Shown: one piece after another, positions 60,676 through 64,000 of the stretch
Position numbering within the stretch: position 1 is the stretch's first letter
Layout: every line of letters starts with the position of its first letter
NCBI GenBank assembly: GCA_038747195.1
Contig: JBCDKA010000001.1
Location: 27,080-91,079 of the forward strand
Direction: 5' to 3'
DNA: 64,000 bases
Source of the DNA: Pseudomonadota bacterium
Lineage (GTDB): Bacteria > Pseudomonadota > Gammaproteobacteria > Xanthomonadales > SZUA-38
Notes under the pieces: generated by a model
The model's input: the letters and a program-made list of their open reading frames with translations, nothing else
Database searches by the model: none
Told to the model about the DNA's origin: nothing
Made by a program: the position numbers and the translations under genes

Positions 60676-62694
60676 TTGAATCGCCTGGCCGACTCGCCCA
60701 GCCCCTATCTCCAGCAGCATGCCGGCCAGCCGGTGCACTGGTGGCCGTGGTGCAAGGAGGCGCTTGCAGCAGCCCGAGAGAAAGATCTGCCGGTGCTCCT
60801 ATCCATCGGCTACTCCGCGTGTCATTGGTGCCACGTGATGTCCAGCGAGTCATTCGAGGACCCGGATACGGCGGAGGTCCTGAATGAGAACTTCGTTTCT
60901 ATCAAGGTCGATCGCGAGGAACGGCCCGATCTCGACCGAATCTACCAGCTCAGCCATCAGGTGATCACGGAGCACCCGGGGGGCTGGCCGCTGACCCTCG
61001 TGCTCGATCCACATTCGCAGACGCCGTTTTTCGCCGGGACCTACTTTCCGTCGAGCGGGCGGGACGGGGTGCCAGGCTTTCGGGACGTGCTCACCAACAT
61101 CAGCAAGGCATGGCAAACGAAACGGGATCAGCTCGATGATCAAACCGAGCGGCTGCGAGATTTTCTATCCCGCTCTACCCAGGTGACGGCCACCGATCGC
61201 CCCCTGTCGATGAGCCCGGCGGGCGCGGCGCTCAGCAATCTCCAGCGCCAGTACGACCCCATCCACGGCGGCTTTGGGTCCGCTCCGAAATTCCCCAATC
61301 CGCCGCTGCTCCGCTTCCTGCTGAGCTGGTCTTCGTTTGACCCCGAACAACAGTCGGCTGCCGATCGCATGCTCGAGAACACGCTGAGCCGCATGGCTGG
61401 CGGCGGTCTGTTCGACCAGCTGGGTGGGGGCTTTTTCCGCTACAGCGTCGACGGCGCCTGGGGTGTTCCGCACTACGAAAAAATGGCCAGCGACAACGCG
61501 CAGCTGCTCTGGCTCTACGCGCTGGCCGGCGAACGTTTCAAGCGCGACGACTTTATCCAGGTGGCGCGTCAGACCGCGGCGTTCATGGAGCGCGAGCTGG
61601 CTTCAGCCGGTGGTGGTTTTGTCACGGCGCTGGACGCGGACTCAGAGGGCAAGGAAGGTCAGTACTACCTCTGGACCCGGGAGGAGCTGACCGCCAATCT
61701 CAGCGACATTGAGGCGCAGATTGCCGGGGCGTGCTGGGGTTTTGATCAGCCGGCGAATATGGACGGCGAGCGATGGCACCTGGGATCAGGAAAGCCGCTG
61801 ACCAAGGTGGCACGACGAATGGGGATCGGTCGATCGCTGGCCGAGGAGTGCCTTTACAACGCGCGGAAAAAATTGCTTGGGCACCGCCGCCTTCGCCCGG
61901 CGCCGGCACGCGACGACAAGGTACTGAGTGGTGTTAACGGGTTGACCGTCAGCGCGCTGGCCGCCGCCGCTCGCGTCACCGGTGATCCCGCGCTGCTGGC
62001 CGCCGCGCAGCGGTCACTCGATTTTGTGCGGTCCCGTCTGTGGGAGGGTGGCCGCCTGCTGGCGGTGTCGCGAGGTTCGCGCACCTATCAAATGGCGTTC
62101 CTCGACGACTACGCCTTTTTGCTGGACGGGGTGCTTGAGCTCATGAGCGTATCCTTCCGGCCGGCCGATCTGGCCTTTGCCAAACAGCTGGCTCGATCGC
62201 TGCTGACCCACTTTGAAGACCCGTATCAGGGGGGATTCTTTTTCACCGCCAATGACCACGAGCCCCTGATTCAGCGCCCGAGGCCGATGCAGGATGACGC
62301 GACGCCGGCCGGCAACGCCGTGGCTGCTCGTAGCCTGCTGCGCCTGGGCCGCCTGCTTGACAACCTGGTGTTTGTGAACGCCGCGGAACGAACGCTCAAG
62401 AGCGCGTGGGATGAGCTGCAGCGTGCGCCGCAGGCGTGCGGCGCCATGCTCGAGGCGCTGGACGAGTGGCTGAACCCACCGGCGCTGCTGATCATGCGGG
62501 GTGACGCGGAACAGGTCCAGGATCTGCAGAAGTCACTGCGGGCCCGGGGCACGGTGCGCGATCAGGTTTATGCGCTGGACCCGGCGTCGCTCATCGAACG
62601 CTACCCGGCCAAGGGCACCTTCACCGCTTATCGCTGTGAGGGGACGCAGTGCTCGGCGCCGATTGTCGACCCCGCTGATCTCGCGGCAGCCTGA
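60676..62694 (+). CDS. Thioredoxin-domain + (alpha/alpha)6 protein (YyaL/SSP411, DUF255 family)
   Basis: TTG start at [62 protein letters not shown]. Confidence 0.92.
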   Translation: MNRLADSPSPYLQQHAGQPVHWWPWCKEALAAAREKDLPVLLSIGYSACHWCHVMSSESFEDPDTAEVLNENFVSIKVDREERPDLDRIYQLSHQVITEHPGGWPLTLVLDPHSQTPFFAGTYFPSSGRDGVPGFRDVLTNISKAWQTKRDQLDDQTERLRDFLSRSTQVTATDRPLSMSPAGAALSNLQRQYDPIHGGFGSAPKFPNPPLLRFLLSWSSFDPEQQSAADRMLENTLSRMAGGGLFDQLGGGFFRYSVDGAWGVPHYEKMASDNAQLLWLYALAGERFKRDDFIQVARQTAAFMERELASAGGGFVTALDADSEGKEGQYYLWTREELTANLSDIEAQIAGACWGFDQPANMDGERWHLGSGKPLTKVARRMGIGRSLAEECLYNARKKLLGHRRLRPAPARDDKVLSGVNGLTVSALAAAARVTGDPALLAAAQRSLDFVRSRLWEGGRLLAVSRGSRTYQMAFLDDYAFLLDGVLELMSVSFRPADLAFAKQLARSLLTHFEDPYQGGFFFTANDHEPLIQRPRPMQDDATPAGNAVAARSLLRLGRLLDNLVFVNAAERTLKSAWDELQRAPQACGAMLEALDEWLNPPALLIMRGDAEQVQDLQKSLRARGTVRDQVYALDPASLIERYPAKGTFTAYRCEGTQCSAPIVDPADLAAA

Positions 62695-62764
62695 TCCTCG
62701 CTCCGATCTCGCGCCGATCGATCCGGCGGCCCGCTGGTGGGACAAGTGGTTTCCGGACCGGAAA

Positions 62765-64000
62765 CTAAAGCCCTAAAACGTCCTTGCCCTGCCGAAACAC
62801 GATATCAACCGGGATGCCGGCCGCCGCCAAGCGGGTCAGGTCAGCCTGTAGCGCTTCGCCCACAACCCCTTTTTCTGCCAGCAGGGCGCGCGTCCCTTCG
62901 TAGTCACCATCACCTTGCAGCCTCAGAATCAGGCTGCTCAAGTCGCTCATCGCAACCGCCATCGCGTCAAAGTCCACCGCGTAGACCCGCTCGATCGGGT
63001 CATAGGTAAAGGCGCCCTGGTCGGCGAAATAGTTGAAACGGACCATGTTGGCCTTGCCGTGAGCGGAGCTGGCGCCGAAGCGCACCGAGCGAAAAATGCT
63101 GGCCAGGAACGTCACGTAGTAGTCCTCCAGCTGTCCTTCAAGCTCACCGCGCTCGTGCAGCCGGGTGACCATATAGAGGCCCAGAATGTCCGCCTTACCT
63201 TCCTCCAGCGCCGAGGCGTGCTCCCGGAGGGCCTGACGCACCGTGCCGCTGCCGTCCAGCGTATTTTTGATTCCCAGCCCGTGGGCAACCTCGTGGAACA
63301 TAGTGTTGGCGAAAAAGGCGTCAAACGTCAGGTGTTTCCGCTGCTGCGGCGTGATCAGCACTTCGCTGATCGGCAGGAGTATCTTGTCGAACTTGGCCCG
63401 CATCGCGTTTTTAAGCTGCAGCCGACGGGCGCCTTTGGCGAGCTGGACTCGCTCATCGTTCGGCAGGTTGATGGCGATGGTCTTGGAGCCCGCGTTGCTG
63501 TCGCCGGCGTAATACACCACGTCGTAAGCGTTGAGGTCAGCGTCGGAGCCCGGGTTTTCCATCTTGTAGCGGTCGTCTACCGGTAGATCCCGCTGCAGCT
63601 CCGGCAGAAACTGGGCGAAATGGGCAAGCCGTTCGCTCCACGCCAGATCTTTGATCAGCACATAACCTTCAAACGCGGCCCGATAGCCATAAAGCTGATC
63701 CTCGTAGGTCTCAATCGGACCGATCACCAGCTCTACCGGGTTGGTCTTGTTATCCATCCAGGCCATGTCGGACGCGAAGTAGTCGTCGGTCAGGAAAGCA
63801 TCGGCTCGCAGCCTCAGGTAATTCGCAAAGCCCTCGTCGTCCGCCAGTTCGGCGGCCTCGCGGAGAAATTCCGCCGCCTGACTCAGTTCGTCGGCGAAGA
63901 TTTCGCTATACGGGTGAAGGTGCAGCTCGCCCGCCCGGTTGCGCTCGACGATGGAATAGAGTCCGTCCTTGCCGTCCTGATCCCAGTCTTCAAATTCCGC
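62765..64000 (-). CDS. Dipeptidyl-peptidase III family (M49) Zn hydrolase, 5'-truncated
   Basis: Frame is open to the window end. IGPIETYED, AINLPNDE, HEVAHGLG, LEEGKAD, FRSVRFG..AHGKA. Confidence 0.88.
   Translation of the reverse strand, partial: AEFEDWDQDGKDGLYSIVERNRAGELHLHPYSEIFADELSQAAEFLREAAELADDEGFANYLRLRADAFLTDDYFASDMAWMDNKTNPVELVIGPIETYEDQLYGYRAAFEGYVLIKDLAWSERLAHFAQFLPELQRDLPVDDRYKMENPGSDADLNAYDVVYYAGDSNAGSKTIAINLPNDERVQLAKGARRLQLKNAMRAKFDKILLPISEVLITPQQRKHLTFDAFFANTMFHEVAHGLGIKNTLDGSGTVRQALREHASALEEGKADILGLYMVTRLHERGELEGQLEDYYVTFLASIFRSVRFGASSAHGKANMVRFNYFADQGAFTYDPIERVYAVDFDAMAVAMSDLSSLILRLQGDGDYEGTRALLAEKGVVGEALQADLTRLAAAGIPVDIVFRQGKDVLGL

Overview
GC-rich bacterial chromosome segment. 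Gene content and order point to a Xanthomonadales/Wenzhouxiangella-like gammaproteobacterium (inference). About 1-17 kb is a cell-surface glycan locus: TPR protein, methyltransferase, sulfotransferase, two GT2 enzymes, Wzm/Wzt ABC exporter and ManA, with a Tat-exported DUF1800/DUF1501 pair and a large secreted repeat protein embedded in it. 18.7-23.5 kb is a tandem array of three CSLREA/beta-helix secreted proteins with a near-identical 377-bp repeat. The remainder is mostly housekeeping and signalling genes (sdaA, prfC, trmB, amn, tRNA-Gly, SulP, two-component system, folA, apaH, proS, prmC, thyA, lgt). The most striking unexplained pattern is a short (D/E/Q)-(I/L/V)-F-x-(D/N)-G-F-E tag at the C-terminus of five secreted proteins of three architectures, with a variant inserted in a loop of DUF1800. 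This is a candidate sorting or surface-docking system. Also seen: a 266-bp highly structured MITE-like element, a candidate sRNA/attenuator upstream of the two-component system, and a DHFR fused to an extra domain. No CRISPR array, rRNA, integrase or transposase was seen. All family calls come from motif recognition, not database searches.
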